Notes: a model not told the origin generated them from the letters alone. 64,000 nucleotides of DNA from an uncultured Gammaproteobacteria bacterium (GCA_964616855.1 CAZTUJ010000004.1:3610-67609), one strand, 5' to 3'. Shown: positions 8,238 through 16,726, numbered from the stretch's first letter. Made by a program: numbers and translations.

Positions 8238-9359
8238 ATGAAATTTATCTGCCTCCAGGAGAATTTAAAAAAAGGCCTCGCCGTTGTTAGCCACATAAAT
8301 AATAAGAATATTAATCTCCCTATTCTTAATAATATTCTAATCCGGGCTAATGACAGTGGGATTGAATTAATTAGCACTAATTTAGAAATCGGCATCACCC
8401 ATCAGTTAAGAGGAAAAGTGGATGAGTTAGGCGAAACAACTATTGACGCCAAGATTATTAGCGACTATGTTAATCTTCTTCCCTCTGAGAAGGTGGAATT
8501 TAAAGAGAGCGATAACGAAAGCTCTTTAAAATGTGAAAACTATAAAACAAAAATTAAAGGCGAATCAACTAAGGAGTTCCCCCTAATACCAGTAATTGAT
8601 AGAGATCATTATTCCGAATTTAATATTTTTGATTTTAAAAAAGCTTTAAATAGTGTAGCCTTTGCTGTAGCTAATAATGATAATCGTCTAGAGTTATCTG
8701 GAGTATTGTTTGAGTTTAGTGAAAATTATTTAACTATGGTGGCTACTGATAGTTATCGTTTAGCGGAAAGGAGAATTAATCTTAAAGGTGGTAATATTAA
8801 TTCCGGGAGAGTGATTGTGCCGGCACGGACGGTTCAAGAAATTTTAAGAATTATTTCCGGAATTAGTGCGGACGCTCAGTCGATTGAGTCTGATTTAGTA
8901 AAAATTTACTTATCTGACAATCAAATCCTCTTTGCTTTGGATTCGGTGGAATTAATTTCCAGATTGATTAATGGTCAGTATCCAGACTATAAACAAATTA
9001 TTCCGGATAAGTATAAAACTGAAGCTAATGTCAAAAGACAGGAACTTTTGCGGGCAATCAAAGCTTCTTCTATTTTTTCTAAAACTGGAGTCTATGATAT
9101 TTCCTTAGTTTTTAAAAAAGGCTTGATTAATGTTTATTCTTCTTCTGGCCAAAGCGGAGAGAGTTCTATTGATTTAAGCGCCGATGTTTCCGGCGAAGAT
9201 AATGACATCACGGTTAATTATCGCTACCTCCTCGATGGACTTAATATTAATGAAGGAGAATATATTACCTTAAGAGTAATTAATAATAACACCCCTTGTG
9301 CCCTTTCTTCGCAAGAAGAGTCTGACTATCTGTATATTGTTATGCCAATTAGAAATTAA
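8238..9359 (+). CDS. dnaN: DNA polymerase III beta sliding clamp
   Basis: 373 aa, follows dnaA. Typical three-domain clamp sequence (MVATDSYRLAERR, INGQYPDYKQIIP). Confidence 0.95.
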   Translation: MKFICLQENLKKGLAVVSHINNKNINLPILNNILIRANDSGIELISTNLEIGITHQLRGKVDELGETTIDAKIISDYVNLLPSEKVEFKESDNESSLKCENYKTKIKGESTKEFPLIPVIDRDHYSEFNIFDFKKALNSVAFAVANNDNRLELSGVLFEFSENYLTMVATDSYRLAERRINLKGGNINSGRVIVPARTVQEILRIISGISADAQSIESDLVKIYLSDNQILFALDSVELISRLINGQYPDYKQIIPDKYKTEANVKRQELLRAIKASSIFSKTGVYDISLVFKKGLINVYSSSGQSGESSIDLSADVSGEDNDITVNYRYLLDGLNINEGEYITLRVINNNTPCALSSQEESDYLYIVMPIRN

Positions 9360-9368
9360 AAAAATATT

Positions 9369-9401
9369 AAAAAGAGCCGCAGTAATTGCGGCTCTTTTTT
9401 T
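9369..9401. terminator. bidirectional rho-independent terminator
   Basis: AAAAGAGCCGC-agtaatt-GCGGCTCTTTTTTT between convergent dnaN and the PBP gene. Confidence 0.85.
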
Positions 9402-9412
9402 GTTGTCGTGAT

Positions 9413-11926
9413 TTATCTAATTAAGTTGACATTAACAGTGGCACTTTCACAATTACCCACATCGTCACAGGCTGTGGCTGTAATCTTTTGATAACCGTTT
9501 TCCAGGTTATCTAGGGCGGCGTCTATTTCTGTTTCCGAGCTGTCACTAAATAAAACTGATTCGTTGATTTTATATTTTATGGTTTTTATTCCTCGCGGGG
9601 CAGTCGCACTTACTTTAATTTTAATAATATTTTGGTTAATAGCCGCCCCTTCCGTTGGACTTTCTATTTTTATAGTTGGTTTGTTCTCTGGCTTAACTAA
9701 TTCCGCATTATTAATTAATTCTTCAGTGGAGAGTTGATTATTTTTCTTTGCCCATTCTTTAATGGCGTTTTCCCAGAGATTAAATTGGGGATCATTAGAG
9801 TTTACTCCTGGCTCCGGGCCGAGCGGATCTTCACGATTAACATAGTAGAGGATGGAGTGATGGTTAAATATTTCTACTTCATTTTTTAACTCTTCAGGGG
9901 TGTCCGTGCCAGCAGGAAGGCCGGTGCTGACGTCGATAATAATTTTTTTAGAGTAGGTGATCTCGCCATCAATAGCCGCTTTGCCAGTTTTTTCTCCAGA
10001 CCAAGGCTTAAAAGTTTCCACCGGACCATCACCCAAAGCTCTTTTCATAAACTCATTCCAGATAGGGGCGGCTACAACACTACCGTCGGCACCAGTGCTC
10101 ATTTTTGAATTATCAGTGTTGCCAATCCAGACACCAGCCACTAAAGAAGGAGTGTAGCCAATCGTCCAAGCGTCCTTGTAGTCGTTTGTAGTGCCCGTCT
10201 TAGCGGCGACAGGCCTATTTCCGAGTACCAACCAGTTCTTCTCTCCAAAAATGAAGCTACGGGCACTATTGTCGCTAAGGATGCTGTTAATTTTTTGAGC
10301 TGATTCGGTAGTAAGAGCCCGACTCTCTTCTTGCTTATACTCTTCTAAGATTTTTCCGTCTTTATCTTCAATTTTTAAGATGAGAGCGATTTTATTAATT
10401 TTGCCTTCACGCGCGAAGGCGCTGTAGGCATTAACATGTTCCATCATTTTTATTTCCCCTCCTCCTAATACGAGGGCGAGGCCGTAGCGGCTCCGATCCG
10501 TGAGGGTGCTGTAGCCTAAATTTTCGGCTAAGTTTATAACCTGGTTAATTCCCGCTAAATAAATAGCTTTAACCGCGGGAATGTTTAATGATCCAGCGAG
10601 AGCCTGACGGATGCTAACGGGCCCATATTCTTTGCCGTTATAATTATGGGGGATATAAGGATCGGCGCTGTTAGTGGAAAAATTGGTCACGACATCATAG
10701 AGTTTAGTATCTGGAGTATAGCCCTGTTCAAATAAGGCGGCATAAACAATTGGTTTCATGGAAGATCCGGGCTGCCGGGGGCGATTAGCGACATTAACTT
10801 GGCCATCAATTTCTTCATTAAAATAATCGCGCGAACCTACCATTACTAAAATTTGTCCGGTCTTAGGGTCAACGGCCACTAAGGCCGCGTTATTAGCGTT
10901 ATATTTTTCCTGATAGTTTTCAGTTTTTTCCTTAATCACCTCTTCAGCAAACTTTTGTTTTTCCCAATCGATGGTGGTGTAGATTTTTAAGCCCCCTTGT
11001 TCTACCTCGGTTTCTCCATATTTTTCTGCCAAAATATCTTTTACCATCATTACGAAGTGGGGGGCGGTAATGCTAATTTCAGCGCGTTCGAATTTAAGTT
11101 CAAAACTTTTAGCGGCGTCTCTTTCCGCCTCCGAAATATAGTTTTGCTCGGCCATGACATCTAAAATATAATCTTTTCTTCCTAATAATAAATCTTTATT
11201 AGGCCCATAGGGGGAATAGCGGCTAGGCGATTGCGGAAGGGCGGCTAAAAGTGCGGCCTCAGCTAGGTTGACATCACGAACGCTTTTACCGAAGAATTTT
11301 TGACTAGCTGCTTCGACGCCGTAGGCGTTGGAGCCATAGGGGATTTCGTTAAGATACATTTGTAATACTTCATCTTTGCTAAACTTTTTTTCAATCCTTT
11401 GGGCTAGAATTATTTCTTTAATTTTACGGACATAGCTTTTTTCTGAGCTTAAGATGGCATTTTTTACAAATTGCTGTGTTAAAGTGGAGCCGCCGGCCCG
11501 GCGATTATAGAGTACATTAGTGATTACGGTTCTAAACATAGCCCAAATGCTAAAGCCGCCGTGCTTATAGAAATTTTTATCTTCGATGGCCACGGTGGCA
11601 TGTTTAACATTTTCCGGGATTTCTTCTAGGCTAATTAAAGTCCTTTTTTCTTCGCCGTGAATTTCGTATAAGATGTGTTCGCCGCTGCGGTCATAGATTT
11701 TAGTGCTTTGGGCGACCTCTCGATCAATTAGTTGATTAGGATTAGGTAAGTCTCTAGAAATCCAAGCCACCATAATGAAAGCGGACAACAGAGCGAGTGC
11801 CGCTAGAATTACTAAGGTGACCAAAATTTTATGAATTAATTTTGTTTTCTTTTTTTTATCTTTCTGCCCTTTTCGCCAAAAATCAGCCTTGGGGGCGGAG
11901 ACGGTTTGCAGTTTAGGTATAGGCAT
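9413..11926 (-). CDS. class A penicillin-binding protein (PBP1A-type transglycosylase/transpeptidase) with C-terminal extension
   Basis: 837 aa. N-terminal TM, GT51 motifs EDKNFYKHGG and GGSTLTQQ, transpeptidase SSMKP and KTGTT. The last ~110 aa look like an Ig-like beta domain. Confidence 0.9.
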   Translation of the reverse strand: MPIPKLQTVSAPKADFWRKGQKDKKKKTKLIHKILVTLVILAALALLSAFIMVAWISRDLPNPNQLIDREVAQSTKIYDRSGEHILYEIHGEEKRTLISLEEIPENVKHATVAIEDKNFYKHGGFSIWAMFRTVITNVLYNRRAGGSTLTQQFVKNAILSSEKSYVRKIKEIILAQRIEKKFSKDEVLQMYLNEIPYGSNAYGVEAASQKFFGKSVRDVNLAEAALLAALPQSPSRYSPYGPNKDLLLGRKDYILDVMAEQNYISEAERDAAKSFELKFERAEISITAPHFVMMVKDILAEKYGETEVEQGGLKIYTTIDWEKQKFAEEVIKEKTENYQEKYNANNAALVAVDPKTGQILVMVGSRDYFNEEIDGQVNVANRPRQPGSSMKPIVYAALFEQGYTPDTKLYDVVTNFSTNSADPYIPHNYNGKEYGPVSIRQALAGSLNIPAVKAIYLAGINQVINLAENLGYSTLTDRSRYGLALVLGGGEIKMMEHVNAYSAFAREGKINKIALILKIEDKDGKILEEYKQEESRALTTESAQKINSILSDNSARSFIFGEKNWLVLGNRPVAAKTGTTNDYKDAWTIGYTPSLVAGVWIGNTDNSKMSTGADGSVVAAPIWNEFMKRALGDGPVETFKPWSGEKTGKAAIDGEITYSKKIIIDVSTGLPAGTDTPEELKNEVEIFNHHSILYYVNREDPLGPEPGVNSNDPQFNLWENAIKEWAKKNNQLSTEELINNAELVKPENKPTIKIESPTEGAAINQNIIKIKVSATAPRGIKTIKYKINESVLFSDSSETEIDAALDNLENGYQKITATACDDVGNCESATVNVNLIR

Positions 11927-11927
11927 A

Positions 11928-12836
11928 TTATTTTTTATAATGTTTAGCAGCTTCTTCGGGGAAGACTGGGTTAATAATTAATCCGGAGCCTAATTCTACT
12001 CCCGCCCAGATATTGGGCCGGGGTTGGATTTTTAAGTAAAAATGCTGGTGAGGATTATCTAAATCGTTATGAGTAAAGAAATTAAAGTCGTAATCTAGAT
12101 GTTTTAGTCCACTTGCTACTAATTTTAAGACTTTGGCTAAAGATTTTATTTCCGTTGGACGCAATAAGCAGATATTATCAGTATGGCGGCGGCTAAGTAT
12201 CCAGACTTCGTAGGGAAATTCACTAGCAAAAGGCGCAAAGGCGATGATATTTTTATCCGCGTAAATATTACGGGGGCCAGCTTCTTCTTCGGTGTTGAGT
12301 TGGCAAAAGGGACAGTTTTTATTTTCTACTTGATATAGAGCTACGCGGTTTCTTTCGTCTATAATATCGGGAGGGAGAACGGAGGAGGCGAAGATTTGGG
12401 AATGAATATGTTTTAAAGAAGCGCCAGCGGCCCCGCCCTGGTTTTTAAAGCAGAGAAGGTAGTTGATTTTTTTATCTTTTTTTAATTTTTGACTACGAAT
12501 CTGGAATAAGGACAAGATCATTTCAATCTGCTTTAGGCTTAAATCTGCAAAATCTTCATAGTGCTGACTACTGTCAATCACTATTTCTTGGTAGCCATAA
12601 GCATTCTTATTGTCAGTTGAGAGGGCGGGAAAAATATTTTTTATGGCCGCCGTTTGCCACCTTCCCTTTGGTGGTAGCTGGGAAAGAATCTGCTTAGGGT
12701 TAATACTTTCCTCACAAAAAGGACAGGCCGCCTTAGGGGTGCTCCTTTTTATGTCATTGGGTCGGCGGCTACGCTTGGGGGCGAAAATGACGCTGCGCCC
12801 ATTTAAGGGATTATAGCGAATTTGTCCTTTTTCCAT
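11928..12836 (-). CDS. HIT-superfamily GalT-like nucleotidyltransferase (galactose-1-phosphate uridylyltransferase-like)
   Basis: 302 aa. Two CPFC knuckles and active-site LKHIHSQIF (HxHxQ). Confidence 0.65.
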   Translation of the reverse strand: MEKGQIRYNPLNGRSVIFAPKRSRRPNDIKRSTPKAACPFCEESINPKQILSQLPPKGRWQTAAIKNIFPALSTDNKNAYGYQEIVIDSSQHYEDFADLSLKQIEMILSLFQIRSQKLKKDKKINYLLCFKNQGGAAGASLKHIHSQIFASSVLPPDIIDERNRVALYQVENKNCPFCQLNTEEEAGPRNIYADKNIIAFAPFASEFPYEVWILSRRHTDNICLLRPTEIKSLAKVLKLVASGLKHLDYDFNFFTHNDLDNPHQHFYLKIQPRPNIWAGVELGSGLIINPVFPEEAAKHYKK

Positions 12837-12884
12837 ATTTAATAAGATAATATATATAGTATTATACCAGACTTAGCAGATAAA

Positions 12885-12913
12885 GAAAAAACGCGTCCAG
12901 GGGCGCGTTTTTT
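12885..12913. terminator. rho-independent terminator (A/T runs on both sides)
   Basis: AAAAAACGCGTCC-AGG-GGCGCGTTTTTT. Confidence 0.75.
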
Positions 12914-12930
12914 GCTTCCAGTTAAACAGT

Positions 12931-13146
12931 TTAGACAGTAATTTGTTCGTGGTCTTCACAGCCTCTTTCGCAGACTAGTTTAATCGCCTGAAAAGAGATG
13001 CTTAGTCCCCTTAAAGAACTTTCGAGCACGCTTAGGCCCGTTTTGAAATTTTCGCTTTCCGCCGGGTTTAATTTTTGGGCGGACTCTGACATTTGGGCTA
13101 AAGTTTCCTGTAACTTTATTACCCTTTCTTGCTGCAGTTTACTCAT
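12931..13146 (-). CDS. hypothetical small helical protein
   Basis: 71-aa ORF with no recognisable motif, followed by a terminator. Confidence 0.4.
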   Translation of the reverse strand: MSKLQQERVIKLQETLAQMSESAQKLNPAESENFKTGLSVLESSLRGLSISFQAIKLVCERGCEDHEQITV

Positions 13147-13183
13147 GACTTTAGAGGATTTATGATTAAATAAAAAGAACTAA

Positions 13184-13212
13184 TAAAAAAATCGGCACCT
13201 AATTGCCGATTT
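13184..13212 (-). terminator. rho-independent terminator of the 26-codon sORF
   Basis: On the complement, ATCGGCA-loop-TGCCGAT followed by T7. Confidence 0.65.
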
Positions 13213-13239
13213 CTAATGTCTTGCTTAGATTATCCAGAA

Positions 13240-13320
13240 TTAAGACAAATAAAAACCGGCCGGGCCGATAATAATCAAGCTAATAATAATGCCTAGATTG
13301 TTTATTTGTCTGACTAACAT
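13240..13320 (-). CDS. 26-aa hydrophobic peptide (candidate small membrane protein)
   Basis: MLVRQINNLGIIISLIIIGPAGFYLS. Has its own TTGACA-16-TAAAAT promoter ending 7 nt before the ATG, and its own terminator. Confidence 0.4.
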   Translation of the reverse strand: MLVRQINNLGIIISLIIIGPAGFYLS

Positions 13321-13327
13321 GACAATT

Positions 13328-13355
13328 ATTTTATCAGATGTTGAAATTTTGTCAA
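13328..13355 (-). promoter_or_regulatory. promoter TTGACA-16-TAAAAT driving the leaderless sORF
   Basis: Complement: TTGACA (13355-13350), TAAAAT (13333-13328), ATG at 13320. Interleaved with the divergent trmH-family promoter (TATAAT 13362-13367). Confidence 0.5.
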
Positions 13356-13378
13356 ATAAGATATAATGTAAAAATAAT

Positions 13379-14152
13379 ATGATTACCAGCCCCCAAAACA
13401 ATTTAATAAAAAATATTGTGCGTTTACGGAAAGCGCGTTTGCGCAAACGCCAAGACTTAGTAGTGATTGATGGTCTTCGCGAAATTAAAGTCGCCTTTGA
13501 CTACGGCTTTGAGTTTGTCGAAGTTCTTCATTGTCCAGATTTAAATCAAGAGACTTGGGCGGAGTCACCCTTAGTGCCAACTGAAGTTAGCCCCGAAATT
13601 TTTCAGAAAATTGCCTATGCTGATAATCCTAACGGCTGGCTGGCTTTGGTGCGTCCTCGCTATTGCCGTCTAGAGCAACTTAAATTAAAAGCCAATCCTT
13701 TAATTTTAATTTTAGAGGCCGTCGAGAAGCCTGGTAATTTAGGAGCGATGCTCCGCACTGCCTATGCCGCTAAAGTTGATGCCGTGATTTTAAATAATCT
13801 TCAAACCGACCTCTATAATCCCAATGTGATTAAGGCTAGCTCCGGCCATGTCTTTAGCGATCAGGTAATTTTAGCAGATAAGGAAAAAACGTTAGCTTGG
13901 TTGAAGGAAAAGAAAGTAAAAGTTTTTGCTACCAATATCAAGGCGGCTAAAGTCTATACCGCCATTGACTGGAAAAAATCGGCTGCCATTGTGATGGGAA
14001 CTGAAGCTAGTGGCCTTAGTGATTTTTGGATTGAGAATGCCGATGAAAATATTATTATCCCGATGCAGGCTGGAATTGATTCCCTAAATGTCTCTGTGAG
14101 CGCCGGAATTTTGGTTTTTGAAGCCCGGAGACAGAGAGATTTGAAAAAATAA
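13379..14152 (+). CDS. TrmH/SpoU-family RNA 2'-O-methyltransferase
   Basis: 257 aa. SpoU motifs EKPGNLGAMLRTA, IVMGTEASGLS, IPMQAGIDSLNVSVSAGI. Confidence 0.85.
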   Translation: MITSPQNNLIKNIVRLRKARLRKRQDLVVIDGLREIKVAFDYGFEFVEVLHCPDLNQETWAESPLVPTEVSPEIFQKIAYADNPNGWLALVRPRYCRLEQLKLKANPLILILEAVEKPGNLGAMLRTAYAAKVDAVILNNLQTDLYNPNVIKASSGHVFSDQVILADKEKTLAWLKEKKVKVFATNIKAAKVYTAIDWKKSAAIVMGTEASGLSDFWIENADENIIIPMQAGIDSLNVSVSAGILVFEARRQRDLKK

Positions 14153-14178
14153 TGCTAATTTTAGCTGTTATTATTAAT

Positions 14179-14207
14179 TTGACAGGCTTGTTTTTATCTT
14201 GTATTAT
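14179..14207 (+). promoter_or_regulatory. promoter TTGACA-17-TATTAT of the tRNA-Arg/ORF/tRNA-His unit
   Basis: TTGACA 14179-14184, TATTAT 14202-14207, about 20 nt before the tRNA 5' end. Confidence 0.6.
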
Positions 14208-14226
14208 CAGATTATTGTGCCAGTTT

Positions 14227-14298
14227 GCGCCCATAGTTCAACGGATAGAACACCAGCCTTCTAAGCTGGATACGTAGGTTCGATTCCTACTGGGCGTA
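14227..14298 (+). tRNA. tRNA-Arg (anticodon TCT)
   Basis: GCGCCCATAGTTCAACGGATAGAACACCAGCCTTCTAAGCTGG...GTAGGTTCGATTCCTACTGGGCGTA. Clean cloverleaf. Confidence 0.9.
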
Positions 14299-14328
14299 CG
14301 AATTTAATTATTTAATATCATTAATTAT

Positions 14329-14508
14329 ATGGAAAATAAGAAGAAAGCGGCTGTCTCCGCTTTAAAAAAGACGATTGCCAAGCCGAAGGCAGTAAAAAAG
14401 CCGGCTGCGGCCACGAAAAAGACCCGTGCAGAAATTGAGGAAATGTTTGCTTTTAGCTTCGGTTGTGATTGCAGCTCCTGTTCCCATCACTGCGGCGATA
14501 AGAAGTAG
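14329..14508 (+). CDS. 59-aa Lys-rich protein with C-terminal CxCxxCxxxC cluster (unknown function)
   Basis: Just under the ORF-track cutoff. Own translation MENKKKAAVSALKKTIAKPKAVKKPAAATKKTRAEIEEMFAFSFGCDCSSCSHHCGDKK. Lies between two tRNAs of one transcription unit. Confidence 0.5.
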   Translation: MENKKKAAVSALKKTIAKPKAVKKPAAATKKTRAEIEEMFAFSFGCDCSSCSHHCGDKK

Positions 14509-14532
14509 GCTTAATTTATTTTAAGATAAGGA

Positions 14533-14607
14533 TGGTGCCCATGGTGTAGTGGTAACACAGCAGGTTGTGGTCCTGTTATTTCGGGTCCGATTCCCGATGG
14601 GCACCCC
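14533..14607 (+). tRNA. tRNA-His (anticodon GTG) with encoded G-1 and CCA
   Basis: GGTGCCCATGGTGTAGTGGTAACACAGCAGGTTGTGGTCCTG...GGGTCCGATTCCCGATGGGCACCCCA. The extra 5' G pairs with C73, the His identity feature. Confidence 0.9.
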
Positions 14608-14614
14608 ATTTTGA

Positions 14615-14641
14615 AAAGACGAGTTTAAAAGCTCGTTTTTT
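14615..14641 (+). terminator. rho-independent terminator after tRNA-His
   Basis: AAGACGAG-tttaaaag-CTCGTTTTTTT. Confidence 0.75.
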
Positions 14642-14756
14642 CTGTTATATAAGGTAAGAAATGAAGTTTGCCAAAATAAATTTTGTCTTATTTAAAATTA
14701 ATATTCATGCTATTATTTTAATTATATTAATTAAATATTATTTTATTAACCAAAAT

Positions 14757-15062
14757 ATGAATAATTGGAATATTCCCAATTGGCTTGAAGAAGAAATTCA
14801 TAAAAGAGATACTCATTGTATCTATTGTGGGGTTAAATTTGATAAAGACGTTAAAAATAATCAAAAAACTATCGAACATATTATAAATGATGCAAAAATT
14901 ATAAATAGAGAAAATATAGCATTATGTTGTCGCTCTTGTAATGCCAGTAAAGGGTCAAAAAGTTTGTTTCATTGGTTGCTTTCAGATTATTGTAAAACAA
15001 AAAATATTATATCAAAGAATATTGCGCCTATTGCAAGAAAAGCATTAAAAAATGAGTCGTAA
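14757..15062 (+). CDS. HNH endonuclease
   Basis: HCIYCGVKFD...TIEHIIND...NIALCCRSCNASKG (HNH with CxxC pairs). The ORF track starts at 14661, but the first 32 codons are low-complexity AT-rich sequence, so the start is uncertain. Confidence 0.8.
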   Translation: MNNWNIPNWLEEEIHKRDTHCIYCGVKFDKDVKNNQKTIEHIINDAKIINRENIALCCRSCNASKGSKSLFHWLLSDYCKTKNIISKNIAPIARKALKNES

Positions 15063-15172
15063 AATTTAAAAGTTTTCCAAAAAATTACCTCTATTTTTTC
15101 AATATCAGTATAGTCTATAGCTTTTTCTAGAGAAAGAGTATAATAAAAATATAAATAATAAAGCATAAAAAT

Positions 15173-15532
15173 ATGAACAGGGCAATATACAAAAAATTTT
15201 TAGCATTAGGTCTTTTAATTTGTGTTTTGTTTTTTCTGGCGGTTTTACTTAGCCCAGATTTTAACACAAAGAAAGGCGTCTCACTTATTGTTATGGATAT
15301 GAGTAAAGAAGAATTAGTTAAAGCATATGAGAAAGATAATGCTTTTTGCTTAATTGACGGCGATTGTGTCGTTCAGGAAGACTGTTATTGTTGTACCGGT
15401 GATATGGCGGTAAATAAGTATAATTATAAGAATGTTGGTTGTGATAAAAATAGAGCAATCTGTGAAGCTATTTGTCCTCCTCAAAAATTATCATGTGTGG
15501 GCAATAGGTGTGAGCTCATTACTAATTTTTAG
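15173..15532 (+). CDS. Cys-rich membrane-anchored/secreted small protein (hypothetical)
   Basis: 119 aa. N-terminal TM/signal (FLALGLLICVLFFLAVLL), then 12 Cys in about 65 residues (CLIDGDCVVQEDCYCCTGD...CEAICPPQKLSCVGNRC). Confidence 0.55.
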   Translation: MNRAIYKKFLALGLLICVLFFLAVLLSPDFNTKKGVSLIVMDMSKEELVKAYEKDNAFCLIDGDCVVQEDCYCCTGDMAVNKYNYKNVGCDKNRAICEAICPPQKLSCVGNRCELITNF

Positions 15533-15610
15533 ATAAATTATAGTTCTAGATCAATTTACTAAATATTCCATCAAAAAAGTTTTCCAAGTTTTGCACTTAG
15601 CTACCCATAG

Positions 15611-15640
15611 AAATAACCCCTTAGGGGCTATTTTTGTTTT
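15611..15640. terminator. bidirectional terminator between convergent genes
   Basis: ATAACCCC-tta-GGGGCTATTTTTGTTTTT. Confidence 0.7.
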
Positions 15641-15698
15641 TAAGAGAGGAATCTAAACGGATAATACTTTTAAGATATAAAGTATTGTATTGTGCAAA

Positions 15699-16589
15699 TT
15701 AATCAAAAACGCCGGTACTCAAATATTTATCACCCCCATCTGGGGCCATAACTACAATGTTTCCGGTAGTTATTTTACGAGCAACTTGTATGGCCACATA
15801 TATATTTGCCCCGGAACTCATTCCTAGAAATAATCCCTCACGTCTAGTTAATTTTTTAAGCATAGCAAAGGCATTTTTGTCCGACACCATTACTTTCTTA
15901 TCTATTATATTAACGTCGAATATTTTAGGAACGATTGCTTCGCTCATATTTTTTAAACCTTGAATCTTGTGGTTTATGTATGGCTCAACGGCAATTTTTA
16001 TTACATCTGGTCTTTGTTTTTTTAACCTCTGCCCCACGCCCGTGAATGTCCCCGAGGTACCCAGGCCGGCGACAAAGTGGGTGATCTCTGGCAAGTCTCG
16101 TAAGATTTCGTCGGCTGTCTCTTCGTAATGAACTTTTGGATTATTTAGATTATCGTATTGATTTAACATAATAAATTTTTTAGGATTTTGTTTTATGAGC
16201 TTCTGTGTCAAACGTATTGATCCATCAATTCCTTCTTTTTTATCTGATAGGATTATTTTAGCCCCATAAGCAGTGAGAATTTTTTTTCTCTCCATGCTTA
16301 CACTTTCCGGTAAAACTAAAATTACTTTATAACCTTTAACTGCTGCCACCATAGCGATTCCAATTCCAGTATTTCCAGAGGTTGGTTCAATGATAGCCAT
16401 GTTTTTATTTAATTGACCGCTAATTTCCGCCCTTTTGATCATTCTGTAGGCAATCCTATCTTTTATTGATCCGCCGGGATTTGCCTTCTCAAGCTTTATA
16501 TAAATATTTACACCAGGTTTAACAAAAAGCTTATTTATTTTTACCATCGGTGTATTACCAATCGTTTCTAGAATATTATTATATTTCAT
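15699..16589 (-). CDS. cysK: cysteine synthase (O-acetyl/O-phosphoserine sulfhydrylase, CysK/CysM family)
   Basis: PLP-lysine motif NPGGSIKDR, asparagine loop EPTSGNTGIG, GLGTSGTFTG. The ATG at 16589 (MKYNNILETIGNTPMV) fits the family N-terminus. The track start at 16703 would read through a terminator hairpin. Confidence 0.85.
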   Translation of the reverse strand: MKYNNILETIGNTPMVKINKLFVKPGVNIYIKLEKANPGGSIKDRIAYRMIKRAEISGQLNKNMAIIEPTSGNTGIGIAMVAAVKGYKVILVLPESVSMERKKILTAYGAKIILSDKKEGIDGSIRLTQKLIKQNPKKFIMLNQYDNLNNPKVHYEETADEILRDLPEITHFVAGLGTSGTFTGVGQRLKKQRPDVIKIAVEPYINHKIQGLKNMSEAIVPKIFDVNIIDKKVMVSDKNAFAMLKKLTRREGLFLGMSSGANIYVAIQVARKITTGNIVVMAPDGGDKYLSTGVFD

Positions 16590-16608
16590 ATTTTTAATGT
16601 AAATAAAT

Positions 16609-16630
16609 AAAAAACCCCGGTTTCCCGAGG
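16609..16630 (-). terminator. intrinsic terminator inside the cysK 5' leader (attenuator)
   Basis: Complement: CCTCGG-GAAA-CCGGGG followed by TTTTTTATTTATTT, ending about 20 nt before the cysK ATG. No upstream co-directional gene for it to terminate. Confidence 0.65.
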
Positions 16631-16657
16631 TGTCCGCCAAGTAATATCTAAAAAATA

Positions 16658-16726
16658 TTAACAACAAGCAGCCCTCGAGAATTCGAAGTGACAGCTGGTG
16701 CAATTTGTGTAGGATGTTCTATTCAT
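16658..16726 (-). CDS. 22-codon Cys-rich leader peptide (candidate attenuation uORF)
   Basis: Own translation MNRTSYTNCTSCHFEFSRAACC*. Four Cys codons, two of them tandem just before the stop. The ATG lies 7 nt after the -10 hexamer. Confidence 0.5.
   Translation of the reverse strand: MNRTSYTNCTSCHFEFSRAACC

Noticed and set aside
9957-10157. Assorted 60-115-aa ORFs antisense to or nested within long genes (for example 9957-10157, 26447-26794, 30700-31001, 33053-33346, 38051-39299, 58069-58386)
   Set aside because: All lie within well-supported longer CDSs on the other strand or in another frame. None has a start context or recognisable motif.
13240-13446. 68-aa version of the minus-strand ORF
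   Set aside because: The upstream 42 codons run through the trmH-family start and both promoters. Only the 26-codon version is preceded by a promoter at the correct distance.
14580-14607. Duplicated tRNA-His 3' end as the att site for the islet
   Set aside because: No second copy of the tRNA-His 3' segment is visible near 19000-20450. Only the unrelated 11-bp repeat ATAAGGTAAGA was found.
16590-16703. 38-codon N-terminal extension of cysK (track start 16703)
   Set aside because: The extension (MHQLSLRILEGCLLLIFF...) has no counterpart in CysK/CysM proteins. It would be translated through the terminator hairpin and T-run. MKYNNILETIGNTPMV is the family-typical N-terminus.
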